From: Thermotogota bacterium
GTDB lineage: Bacteria > Thermotogota > Thermotogae > Petrotogales > Petrotogaceae
Length of the DNA stretch: 20,710 bases
Assembly (NCBI GenBank): GCA_051748045.1
Contig: JBNJGY010000039.1
Coordinates: 1-20,710, forward strand
Direction: 5' to 3'
Shown here: in pieces, positions 1-9,577 of the stretch
Numbering within the stretch: the stretch's first letter is position 1
Layout: each line of letters starts with the position of its first letter
Program-made: the position numbers and the translations under genes
The notes under the pieces: generated by a model
Seen by the model: the letters and a program-made list of their open reading frames with translations, nothing else
Databases searched by the model: none
Told to the model about the DNA's origin: nothing

Positions 1-2
1 TC

Positions 3-107
3 TTAAGACATGGACAAAGTGTTGTAGTTGAGTCTCCTGATTTTTTAAGAAAAATTGTTGTTGATAAAATTGAAAATAGTTTGAAAAATTATAAAAAAAG
101 TTTTTGA
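3..107 (+). CDS. 3' end of a WYL-domain transcriptional regulator (WCX C-terminal region), truncated by the window edge
   Basis: Frame +3 reads LRHGQSVVVESPDFLRKIVVDKIENSLKNYKKSF* (TGA 105-107). This fits the typical WYL/WCX C-terminus 'L.yG..v.V.eP..LR..v...l...l..Y'. Not in the ORF track; only 34 residues are visible. Confidence 0.75.
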   Translation, partial: LRHGQSVVVESPDFLRKIVVDKIENSLKNYKKSF

Positions 108-137
108 GGTCTCATTTTGTGTAACCGTTGCTATGAT
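108..137 (+). promoter_or_regulatory. Candidate WYL-regulator operator overlapping the promoter of the downstream two-gene operon
   Basis: GGTCTCA-TTTTG-TGTAACC (108-126) is a 7-5-7 imperfect inverted repeat with 5 of 7 pairs. An extended -10, TGcTATGAT (129-137), follows. The palindrome sits where a -35 would be, and no consensus -35 is present. Confidence 0.5.
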
Positions 138-177
138 GTAAAATAAATATATTGTTAAAAAATAATTTGGGGGTTTT

Positions 178-3100
178 TTGGTACATTTAGAAAGAATGTT
201 TGAATTAAAAGATAATAATTTGAAAAAAGATATATCAAAAAGTGATCAGCCATTTCTCGGATTATTTGAAAAATTTTTCGAAACGAAATTAAAAAAAACT
301 TTAGTTTTATATATAAAAAAAGATAATGATCCAATTGCCAGGTTTATATGGTTTCTAGAAAAATTTCCTGCTTTATCAGCCTCTCTTTTAACAATAGAAC
401 TTAAAGATAATTATGGTGAGTCTGAACATTATGAAGTTTACCCAATAATAGAAAAAAATATTTTTGGAACTAAGATAAAAACACAGACTCAAAAAGAGAA
501 ATTATGGCATCATTTCAGAAGAGCCTGTATAAAACTGGGACTTAATGTTTCATCCAGAACTTCAGGCGTACATTATATAACCAAAGAGTTTCTTTATCAG
601 GTTGGACTTCCGGATAATTATATTAAAGATTTTTGCAACAAAGCTATTGAGTTTTCATCAAAATATGGATTACCTGAAATTAATGACACAGAAGATATGA
701 AATTTTGGCAGAAAGATTTTGAAAATACACTTAAACCACCTTTTTCAAAAATAGCCAGAGAAGCAATAGAAAGGGATGATAATTCATACTATTTAAGAAC
801 TTTTTTTAAAGCTTATAACTCTGATTTAAATGAAAATAATAATTTATCTTTTTTTGGAAAGGTGGTCTTAAGCCAAATAAAAAATCAGACTGTTAAAAAA
901 AATCTAAAAAAATCTAAAATTCCTTATATCGTATTTAAAGATTATGAGTATGGAATCATTCTGCCTGCAGGTGAAGATGAGATCTGGGAGATTAATTGCA
1001 ATGATTATAATAATAAGTTTAAAGGGTATGCAGAAGATTATTTTTTGCCTTTTGAACCAGGCAGTTTAAACAAAGAGATTATTATAAAAAATAAAGACAA
1101 AAGACAGTGGAAATTTAGTCTCTGGCCTGAAGGTAGAAAAAATGAATTTTTAATTTTTTCTAGAAGTTCAGGAAGATTTGTTAAGTCCTCTTCACTTGGT
1201 GATGGTTTAATAGAACTGGATGCAGGTAATTATATTTTAATGCTGAGATTCAAACCTACCAATTGTAATGAAATTGATTGTTTTTCAGAAGAACCCTCTA
1301 TTTATCTTAAAAATATTAATATCCCCCCAGGAGAAAGTTTTTATATAGAAAAAGGCCCTGCAAAAATATGCTTGCAGGGAGAGAAAAAACCATCGGTTAT
1401 TATAGATGGTGAATCATATTCGGGTGTCAACGGCAGAAAATTTTTTTCATCTCACAGATTAATTGCAGAAGTAAATATTCCAGAAGAATTCAGAAGTCAT
1501 GGTAGTGAGTATACCCTTTGTCTTGAATCTGATATTTTAGGGGATCAAATTTACATAGATTTAAATATTGATGAACAGGACGATAAAAAAAAGGAAATTT
1601 CATCTCTTTTAAAAAGATGGAAAGGTGGCTTATCAAGGCTTTCTGTTGAGCTTAAAAGGAAAGGGGACTTAAAAACCCTTGCAAGAACCTCATGTTTTAT
1701 TTGGAATGGCTTAAGAGAAATTAAAAATTCTGTTTTTATATATGAGAAATATCCTTTTAATCTTGATGATGATCTTTCGGAAAATTTTTATAAGAATGAA
1801 GATAAAGAATATCTCAGTTTTAAAGATGAAAATTTAAGATTTTTTAAACTGATATTTAAATTAAATCAAGATCAATCAGGTAAAGAACTTTTTGTTTTAA
1901 CCTGGTCTGTTCCGGGTATTTTTTTAAGTATTACCGATTATAAAGATAAAGATAGGCTTGAAAAAAATATTTCATTGGGTTCATGTGTGTCCATAGATTC
2001 AAAATCTAGTAAAATTTTAAATATTTATGGTGAAGGCAGAGGAGGTTTAAGTCTTGGTCATAAATATATACGTGGTCTTGACTTTGAAAAACGTAACTGT
2101 GAAAAAATACCTGTTTTAAGTTTGTTTGATCATATCGATCCTGACAATAATATTTTAAATATTCATTTTGAAGGTATGCAGGAAAAAGAGGCCTTAATAG
2201 AGATTGTTACTCCTTTTACGGCAGAGTATTTTAAATGTCAGTCTGATGAATATGGTGAAAAAATTGAGTTTGAACTTGCTGAAAAAATTGAAATATTAAG
2301 GCTTGATATTATAGATATTTTAGATGGCAGGTTTATTAGCCGAGACTTCAATATAGAAAATCAATCTTTTAAAATATTTGATACTCTTAATGCTCATTTA
2401 TTTGTTGAAAATGAAAAAAAGGTTTCTTTTTACATAGATGGTGGGCAATGGCCTGCAGGTTTATGGATTGTAAACCTAAGGGTAAAAGCTTCAGGCAGAT
2501 GGGGAGATTTAATAAATAGTGATGATGAAATTTGTGCGTTTGGAAAAAATTCCTTGCCGGAAGATATTGCAGGGTATTTTTATCAAACCTTTATCTTTGA
2601 TAATCATCAGTATCTTATAGATTTTTTTAAAAGAGTTAATTACAGGATTTCTCTTTATTATACCATTGAAGCATGGAAAACTCTGAAATGGTTAAAAAAA
2701 ATATGGCTGCTTTTAGTTAATGATTATATTCCATTAATAAATGATCCAAAAATGATTTCTGTTTTATTAAGGGCTGTAACAGAGTGGCCTGAAGATGCCC
2801 AAAAAGATAATCTCTTGCCAAAGTATTTCCCTGCTGCAGAAGTTCCACATATTTTTTCCATGGATAAAAATCAATATAAAATCAAAGGAGAAATAACCAC
2901 AGCTTATGCTTCAGTTTTTAAAAATTATAAAATTTTAAAGCATTTACGGTCTGTTTTTTCAGAATTTGATGTTAATCAGGCTGCATTGTTTGGATTTAAA
3001 AATGTTTCTGAAGTAGAGAGGAATGAGAATATTGAACCAAAAGATTTTAATTTTAATGCATATTTTCAAGCCATTAATAGTTTTTTTGAAAAACTTAATT

Positions 3101-3636
3101 TAAATTATGAAAATTGGATTCCCGGGAAAGGTTCTTTTCTTGGCAAACCTCACTATCTCCATTCAGTTTCAAATCTTATTAATAAATACAGGAATAAAGA
3201 GACTGATGAAGGTCTTAAAGGCAATGTGCTTTCTTTACTTAAAAAAATGATGAAAATAAATGCAGATCTATATTCTGAGTCTGCATTTCCTGATAATGTA
3301 TTGGAAAAGAATTATCTTGGGATTCCCCATGATTTAGACTGGCTTTTTGAAAACGAAAATTCAGAAACTGAAAAAGAGCATATTTTATGGATGATAAGCT
3401 TTTTGTCTCTGTTTGCCCAAATTTGTCGACTCGAAGCAAGGGAAAAAGGTATTCTTAATAATTTTATGAAATATTTAAAAGAAGAATTTGATAGTGAATA
3501 TATGCCTGTTACAAAGCAGGTTGGGTACATTTTATATATTGGCGATGATGTTTTCGCTTTTTATCTGATGTTGTGGGAACTGGTTTTAACAGCAGATTAT
3601 GACTCACTAAAAACTATGGAGCAGTTAAATGTCTGA
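178..3636 (+). CDS. Large protein of unknown function, partner of the downstream helicase; Druantia type III DruH-like
   Basis: 1152-aa ORF; start is TTG 178 (GGGGG at 169-173) or ATG 196. No NTPase or nuclease motif recognised. Its stop overlaps the helicase start. Size and position match DruH; the label rests mainly on context. Confidence 0.6.
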   Translation: MVHLERMFELKDNNLKKDISKSDQPFLGLFEKFFETKLKKTLVLYIKKDNDPIARFIWFLEKFPALSASLLTIELKDNYGESEHYEVYPIIEKNIFGTKIKTQTQKEKLWHHFRRACIKLGLNVSSRTSGVHYITKEFLYQVGLPDNYIKDFCNKAIEFSSKYGLPEINDTEDMKFWQKDFENTLKPPFSKIAREAIERDDNSYYLRTFFKAYNSDLNENNNLSFFGKVVLSQIKNQTVKKNLKKSKIPYIVFKDYEYGIILPAGEDEIWEINCNDYNNKFKGYAEDYFLPFEPGSLNKEIIIKNKDKRQWKFSLWPEGRKNEFLIFSRSSGRFVKSSSLGDGLIELDAGNYILMLRFKPTNCNEIDCFSEEPSIYLKNINIPPGESFYIEKGPAKICLQGEKKPSVIIDGESYSGVNGRKFFSSHRLIAEVNIPEEFRSHGSEYTLCLESDILGDQIYIDLNIDEQDDKKKEISSLLKRWKGGLSRLSVELKRKGDLKTLARTSCFIWNGLREIKNSVFIYEKYPFNLDDDLSENFYKNEDKEYLSFKDENLRFFKLIFKLNQDQSGKELFVLTWSVPGIFLSITDYKDKDRLEKNISLGSCVSIDSKSSKILNIYGEGRGGLSLGHKYIRGLDFEKRNCEKIPVLSLFDHIDPDNNILNIHFEGMQEKEALIEIVTPFTAEYFKCQSDEYGEKIEFELAEKIEILRLDIIDILDGRFISRDFNIENQSFKIFDTLNAHLFVENEKKVSFYIDGGQWPAGLWIVNLRVKASGRWGDLINSDDEICAFGKNSLPEDIAGYFYQTFIFDNHQYLIDFFKRVNYRISLYYTIEAWKTLKWLKKIWLLLVNDYIPLINDPKMISVLLRAVTEWPEDAQKDNLLPKYFPAAEVPHIFSMDKNQYKIKGEITTAYASVFKNYKILKHLRSVFSEFDVNQAALFGFKNVSEVERNENIEPKDFNFNAYFQAINSFFEKLNLNYENWIPGKGSFLGKPHYLHSVSNLINKYRNKETDEGLKGNVLSLLKKMMKINADLYSESAFPDNVLEKNYLGIPHDLDWLFENENSETEKEHILWMISFLSLFAQICRLEAREKGILNNFMKYLKEEFDSEYMPVTKQVGYILYIGDDVFAFYLMLWELVLTADYDSLKTMEQLNV

Positions 3637-6600
3637 AACAAATCCAATAAAACTTGTTGATATTTTGAAAGATACGCTTGAACGATATATAGCAACAACT
3701 TTCCCTGTTAGCAGGAGATACCCGGAGCTTAAAAAAGAATTTAAAAAAATCATAAAAAATCAGGCTCTTGTTAAAGGCCCTTATGTTGAGGCTATTCCTG
3801 ATTTTAAAAAGGGCAGTACTCTTGAGTCATTGCTTGAAATAAATAATGGATTTTTAAATAAAGGTTTTTTGTCACTGCCTGAAAATATAAGAAAAAGAAA
3901 ACTCCACCTTCATCAGGAAGAAGCAATAAATTCTGCATGTAAAGAAAATAAAAGTATTATTGTTGCAACAGGAACAGGCAGTGGTAAAACAGAGTGTTTT
4001 TTATATCCTATTGCAGATATGCTTATGAATGATCCTGATTTTGATAAACCAGGCGTCAGGATCCTTTTGATCTATCCAATGAACTCACTTGCCAATGATC
4101 AGCTGTTTTACAGAATAGCCCCTTTTTTTGGTAGATATTTAAGGGATTATAATATTACTTTTGGAAGATATACTTCACAGATAAAAGCAAATTCAAGCAG
4201 AGAAGAAGAAGTAGGTAAGCTTGAAAATAATAAAAAACTTATGAATGAGCTCAATGATTCTGTTCCTGATAACTGGCTTCTAACCAGAGAGGAGATGCTT
4301 GAAAATCCACCAAAAATTTTAGTAACAAATTATGCAATGCTTGAACATATTCTTTTACTGCCAAGAAATGCTCCTCTTTTTCAATATAATACTTTGATGT
4401 CTGTTGTTCTTGATGAGATCCATACCTATAGAGGTGCCCAGGCAACTGAGGTTGCTTTTTTATTAAGAAAACTAAAAAACAGATTGGAGATTGAAAGACC
4501 GCTAAAAGTTTTTGGAACAAGTGCAAGTTTAGCCGATGGAAAAGATTCAGATAAGGAACTTATTAAGTTTGGAACAGATCTTTTTGGTGAAGATGTTCAC
4601 AAAGTAATTAGAGGAGAGCGTATACGCCATAAAATGCTCCAAGAGAAAAAGGTTAAAACTTTTTCTTTCTCACCTGAAAAATGGGCATCAATTTATGATT
4701 TTTTAGTGAATAATGAGACTAAAAAAATGAACTTTCATTTATGGGATAAAATGGTAGATGAAATAGATCTTAAAGTCCAAAACAGTCAATTAAGCAGAGA
4801 AAAAGATTTTAATGCCTCCCTTGAATTTGTTTTCAGTAAAAATATTGAGATAAGAAAAGTTGCTGAATTGCTTGATAATGGTAAGGTCGTAAAATTTGAA
4901 GACCTTGGGGAAAAGCTTTTTGGTGATATTGATCCAAGTCTGAGAAATAATGCCTTAAGTGCTGTAATGTATATTGGTATGAATTCCAAAAAAAATGATA
5001 ATTCTTTTCCCCTTCTTCCGGGAAGATATCATATAGCAGCTAATAGTATTGAAGGTGCCTGCGTAAGCTTGAGCAATAAAAATAATGAAGGCTGGGATGA
5101 TATAAAACCATACAGAACTTATACAGATGATGAGTCAGGAATTCCATACTTTCACCTGATGGTATGTAGAAAATGTGGTCAGCCTTATATAGAAGGCTTT
5201 ACAGGAGAAAATAAGGTTAATAATACTTTTTCAAGCATCAGTTCGTCAGGTAAAAGAAGAGTTTACCTTCTTGGCCCTGAAAAAGGGATTGTGACCAATG
5301 ATGAAGAGGATTCAGACTCTGATCAGGAAAAAAAGAGTAAAAAGAAAGATAAAAACGAAGAATTTTATATCAAAGCTGGTACAGGCGAAATTGTAAGTGC
5401 AAAGTCTTCTTCAAAAGGTAAAGTTTATCTTAAAGGTATAAGCATAGAAAAGGATGAAATAGAGAAAAAAGAGTATGTAAAAAAATGTGATACCTGCGGT
5501 AGTACTGCAACAGGGGCAGTTGCAGAGGCTGTTACGGGACTGCAGCCTGGTAATGAGGCTTTTGGTGCTGTTGTATGCCAAAAGGTATTGGAGTTTTTAC
5601 CTGAAGCATACGACAGATCCGGTGAAGAACCCATGTTTGGAAGAAATATTTTAACTTTTTCAGACAACAGGCAGAATGCTGCATATTTTGCTCCTTATTT
5701 TCAGAGGACAGCAGGTGACCTTGCTTTGAGATCAGCAATATTTGATGTTATTGAAAAAGCTGAAGATGATGGTTTGGATATTGGTGACCTAAGTGAAGAC
5801 ATATATTTTTATTGGGAAAAAACAGGAGAGCCTGTTGTTTTTAACAGTGCCGGAGATTTGATCAAATCTGATAAGAGATCCAAAAAAACTGAGAGGATAA
5901 AAGGTCTTGTTGCTGCAGAGTTTTGTACGCCTGGAGGCAGACGAAATTCTCTGGAATCTCTTGGTTTGGTCAGGGTAAGTTATAAAAAAAGAGAATATAA
6001 AAAACTTATAAAAGAAGTTGAAGAAATTATTCCAAACAGGTTCAAAGATCAGGCTGAGTCTATTACAAATATAATGCTAGAATCAATAAGAAGGGTTAAG
6101 GCAATTAGTCCAATCGATAAAGTCGATATGACAGATCCAACTATCTGGGGTGAAAATTTTAAATCAAAAAAATCATTTGAGTTAATGAATAGCGGAGGTA
6201 AGAAAAAATCTTCAAATCTTTATTACTGGGTTCCTCAGGATGATAAAAATCACCACAACAGAAGAACCTGGTATCTTGAAAAACAGCTTGAGTTTAATTT
6301 TGATGAAACAAGGAATTTTTTAAAAGACTTTTGGCAAGTACTGAAAAAAAATAATTTTTTAGTCAAGGATAAAAAAACTAGTTTTGTATTAAATTCTGAT
6401 CTGCTGTTTTTTTCAAATGGATATAATCATAAATTCGGATATTGTGAATCCTGCGGATTAAGTCATTTCGATTTTGTTGATAATAAATGTACTGCTTTCA
6501 GGTGCAATGGCAGGGTTAATATTGTTGATGATAATTACAGAAATCAGTTTAAAATAGAGAACCATTATGTTTACAGCATTCATGAAAAAAAAGCTCTGCC

Positions 6601-9577
6601 TATAAGATCCAGTGAACATACAGCTGCATTGTCACCATCTTTAAGAGAAAATATAGAACAGGATTTCAGCTCTAAAAATATAAATCTTTTAAGCTGTACA
6701 ACCACTATGGAGCTTGGAGTTGATCTTGGTGAGCTTGAAGCTGTAGTATGTCTAAATGTTCCCCCAGGTATTTCAAATTATCAGCAGAGAACCGGGCGTG
6801 CAGGAAGAAGGGCGCAGGCGGCACCTTTTTGTGTGACTATTGCAAGAAACAGTCAGTATGATCAGGCTGTATTTAATGGATTCAAAGATTATCTTGAAGA
6901 GCCTGCTCCTGTCCCTTTTGTTCATCTTGAAAATGCCAAATTATTTCAAAGGCACCAAAACTCGATTATTTTATCGGGATATTTGAAACATAAAATTAAA
7001 GATCTAGAAAGAAACGCTCCTGGCTTGAGTGATTTATTTGGAGAAAATTTTGGTATTAAAGCAAATGATTTAAATGATTTTGAAGATGATATTAAAAGTT
7101 TTGTTGAAAAAAACAGAGACAGTTATTTTGCAGAAGCTGAAAAATTAAGTGGGAGGCTCCCCGAAAAAGTTGATAAATCAATAGTGCTGAAAAAAAATGA
7201 ACTTGAAGACAATTTTAAAAAGAGGCTTGGCTTTTTTGGTAATGAGGTATTTGAAAGGTGTAGGATATATAATTCTAAGTTTGAAGAATACCATTATAAT
7301 GAGGACAGAGATATACAGGGGAAGTCTGCGGTATGGGAAAATATGAGGAAAGGTTACCTTAAGCAATACCTGGTTAATCAGCTTTCTTTTTCAGGAATAA
7401 TTCCCACATATAGTTTTCCTGTAAATTCTCTTAAACTCGAAGTTATAAAGGAATATAAGCAAAGATTTGAAGGGGAAGGAGATGTAGCTCTTACACGAGA
7501 CGCTTCACTTGGCATTAGCGAATATGCTCCCGGCTCAGAAGTTGTTGCAAATGGAAGAATCTGGACAAGCAGAGGAGTTGCATTCAGTCCAAGGGATTTT
7601 ATGCCAGACAGATATTATTTTATTTGTACCAGGTGCCAGCATGCTGAACTTAAGGAGCACAAAGATAATATTGACTATGTTTGCTTAAACTGTGGGTTTA
7701 AAAATCCAAAAAATAATTTTGTTAGAACATTTATAGAGCCAAAAGGTTTTGTAACCTCATATCATGAAAAAGAGGGTAAAGATCCTTCAAAAAACAGGAT
7801 AAGAAGGCAGTATGCTGAAGAAGCAAAGCTTATCACATTGGCAAAAGATGAACTTTTTAAAGAAACAGATATAAAATTTATTACAAAAGCACTTTTAAAA
7901 AGTAAATCACCCGATGAAAAGAAGCAACCAGCAGGAAAGCTTTTTATTGTAAACAAGGGGCCTGCAGGATTTGGATATCATAGATGTCGTAGATGTAACT
8001 ATATTCAGCCTGCCAAATCATTCAAGTTTGAAAAAATAGAGCATCATACTCTTTTTGATGAAGCAAAGTGTAAAAACGATAGTTTTTTTTCAAGAATAGA
8101 TCTTGCCCATACTTTTAGTACAGATGTATGCTTGTTCCGTCTAAAAGCTGATATCCCGGTTCCATCTAATATTGGGGAACAGAAAAAAAATGGATATTTA
8201 AATGATTTTGCAAGAACTCTGTGTGAAGCTTTCAGGTTTGGAGCCTCTTCTGTACTAAATATTTTACCAGGTGACATAAGAGCAACCTTTAAAATTGAAG
8301 ATGGGTTTTTCACAATAATACTATATGATTCTACACCTGGTGGCGCCGGCTATTGTGTAAGGCTTTATAATGAAATTGATATTGAAAAATTATTTAAAGA
8401 GGTTCTTAAAAAACTTGATTGTCATAATGATTGTTCAACAGGCTGCAGGAGCTGTTTGTGCGATTATACAAATCAGCTCTTCTGGGACTCATTTAAAAGA
8501 AAAGATGTTTTAAACTGGTTGAATATCATTAAGTCCCAAAAACATGAGAACCCTTTTATAAAGAAGGGAGCCTTATTAATTGATAATCCTTCACTTAATA
8601 AAGCTGAATCAAGTTTTTCAGGATATAAAGATATTCATTTTTTCAGCAGGTCTTTAATGGGCAGTATAACTGATTTAAACTCAGATGATGAAAAAACAAA
8701 TAGAAACTGGTTTATTTCTCTATTAAACAAAGGTCATAATCTGCATTTTTATTCAGTGTCTTTTTTTGAACCTGGTAAATTAAGTCATTATGAGAGAATT
8801 TTATTTAGCTATTTAAGACCTTATTTAGAAAATAACCAATTAACTATAAACAATATTGATGAAAAGGAACTTACTGGTCTTCCTTTTATTTATGCCCAAA
8901 ATTCGAGTGATGATAAAGGTGGATATTCTGTGTTTTTGAATAAAGAGGTTCCTCTTCTTTTTAACTTGAGCTCTTTAAGCAACGCATATGAGTTAAAAGG
9001 AAATGAGGATGTTGATTTAGAAATAAAAAGTAATATAAAAAAATCTATTCCTGTAGATACAGACTCAATTTTCGATAAAGACAATGGTCTTAAAATATGG
9101 AGATTGTCTTCGGGAGTTGACAGGCCTTATGAAGAGTTTTTTAAACAATTAGAAAATTCCTCTTATATATCTGTTAATATAAAAGATCCTTATTGCGGAG
9201 CAGGAGAAAGGCAGATTAAAAGGCTTGGTGAATTCGTTTCTATATTAAATAATAATAGCGGAGACATTAAAGAGTTAAAAATATCTTTTAAAGAAATGAA
9301 TCAACGGGACTATAATCATAAATCCCCCGGTCTTGTAAAAAAAGAGATTGAAGAAATCATAATTGAAAAAACCGGTATGGAAGAACAAAATATAAGAATT
9401 AATGCTGTTCCTTTTAAGAATGCAAGAAATTTTCATGACAGATCAATGCAAATTTTAGAAACTAGGGCTGACGGAATAGAGGTTGAGCATATTTACGATA
9501 TGACCGGTGGCATTGACAAACTTCTTGACATAAATCAGGATACTGTTTTTATTTATTCATTTGATGAAAAAAAATAA
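3629..9577 (+). CDS. SF2 DExH-box helicase with DUF1998 Zn domain and C-terminal PLD/MIT_C-like region; Druantia DruE-like
   Basis: Q motif LHLHQEEA, Walker A ATGTGSGKT, Ia YPMNSLANDQ, Ib ILVTNYAML, Walker B DEIH, III TSAS, V TTTMELGVD, VI QRTGRAGRR, DUF1998 YDSTPGGAGY...CHNDCSTGCRSCL. RBS GGAG at 3618-3621; 8-nt overlap with the upstream gene. Helicase-DUF1998 call is near certain; the Druantia label is less so. Confidence 0.85.
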   Translation: MSETNPIKLVDILKDTLERYIATTFPVSRRYPELKKEFKKIIKNQALVKGPYVEAIPDFKKGSTLESLLEINNGFLNKGFLSLPENIRKRKLHLHQEEAINSACKENKSIIVATGTGSGKTECFLYPIADMLMNDPDFDKPGVRILLIYPMNSLANDQLFYRIAPFFGRYLRDYNITFGRYTSQIKANSSREEEVGKLENNKKLMNELNDSVPDNWLLTREEMLENPPKILVTNYAMLEHILLLPRNAPLFQYNTLMSVVLDEIHTYRGAQATEVAFLLRKLKNRLEIERPLKVFGTSASLADGKDSDKELIKFGTDLFGEDVHKVIRGERIRHKMLQEKKVKTFSFSPEKWASIYDFLVNNETKKMNFHLWDKMVDEIDLKVQNSQLSREKDFNASLEFVFSKNIEIRKVAELLDNGKVVKFEDLGEKLFGDIDPSLRNNALSAVMYIGMNSKKNDNSFPLLPGRYHIAANSIEGACVSLSNKNNEGWDDIKPYRTYTDDESGIPYFHLMVCRKCGQPYIEGFTGENKVNNTFSSISSSGKRRVYLLGPEKGIVTNDEEDSDSDQEKKSKKKDKNEEFYIKAGTGEIVSAKSSSKGKVYLKGISIEKDEIEKKEYVKKCDTCGSTATGAVAEAVTGLQPGNEAFGAVVCQKVLEFLPEAYDRSGEEPMFGRNILTFSDNRQNAAYFAPYFQRTAGDLALRSAIFDVIEKAEDDGLDIGDLSEDIYFYWEKTGEPVVFNSAGDLIKSDKRSKKTERIKGLVAAEFCTPGGRRNSLESLGLVRVSYKKREYKKLIKEVEEIIPNRFKDQAESITNIMLESIRRVKAISPIDKVDMTDPTIWGENFKSKKSFELMNSGGKKKSSNLYYWVPQDDKNHHNRRTWYLEKQLEFNFDETRNFLKDFWQVLKKNNFLVKDKKTSFVLNSDLLFFSNGYNHKFGYCESCGLSHFDFVDNKCTAFRCNGRVNIVDDNYRNQFKIENHYVYSIHEKKALPIRSSEHTAALSPSLRENIEQDFSSKNINLLSCTTTMELGVDLGELEAVVCLNVPPGISNYQQRTGRAGRRAQAAPFCVTIARNSQYDQAVFNGFKDYLEEPAPVPFVHLENAKLFQRHQNSIILSGYLKHKIKDLERNAPGLSDLFGENFGIKANDLNDFEDDIKSFVEKNRDSYFAEAEKLSGRLPEKVDKSIVLKKNELEDNFKKRLGFFGNEVFERCRIYNSKFEEYHYNEDRDIQGKSAVWENMRKGYLKQYLVNQLSFSGIIPTYSFPVNSLKLEVIKEYKQRFEGEGDVALTRDASLGISEYAPGSEVVANGRIWTSRGVAFSPRDFMPDRYYFICTRCQHAELKEHKDNIDYVCLNCGFKNPKNNFVRTFIEPKGFVTSYHEKEGKDPSKNRIRRQYAEEAKLITLAKDELFKETDIKFITKALLKSKSPDEKKQPAGKLFIVNKGPAGFGYHRCRRCNYIQPAKSFKFEKIEHHTLFDEAKCKNDSFFSRIDLAHTFSTDVCLFRLKADIPVPSNIGEQKKNGYLNDFARTLCEAFRFGASSVLNILPGDIRATFKIEDGFFTIILYDSTPGGAGYCVRLYNEIDIEKLFKEVLKKLDCHNDCSTGCRSCLCDYTNQLFWDSFKRKDVLNWLNIIKSQKHENPFIKKGALLIDNPSLNKAESSFSGYKDIHFFSRSLMGSITDLNSDDEKTNRNWFISLLNKGHNLHFYSVSFFEPGKLSHYERILFSYLRPYLENNQLTINNIDEKELTGLPFIYAQNSSDDKGGYSVFLNKEVPLLFNLSSLSNAYELKGNEDVDLEIKSNIKKSIPVDTDSIFDKDNGLKIWRLSSGVDRPYEEFFKQLENSSYISVNIKDPYCGAGERQIKRLGEFVSILNNNSGDIKELKISFKEMNQRDYNHKSPGLVKKEIEEIIIEKTGMEEQNIRINAVPFKNARNFHDRSMQILETRADGIEVEHIYDMTGGIDKLLDINQDTVFIYSFDEKK

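Noticed and set aside
3239-9084. Ten short minus-strand ORFs (62-91 aa) from the track
   Set aside because: All are antisense within the two long motif-bearing or coupled genes and read like shadow frames.
3629-9577. Assignment of the helicase to DISARM (DrmA/DrmB) or Dpd (DpdJ)
   Set aside because: DISARM splits the helicase and DUF1998 into separate genes and needs a methyltransferase; no dpd genes are in the window. A fused protein with one large upstream partner fits Druantia III better.
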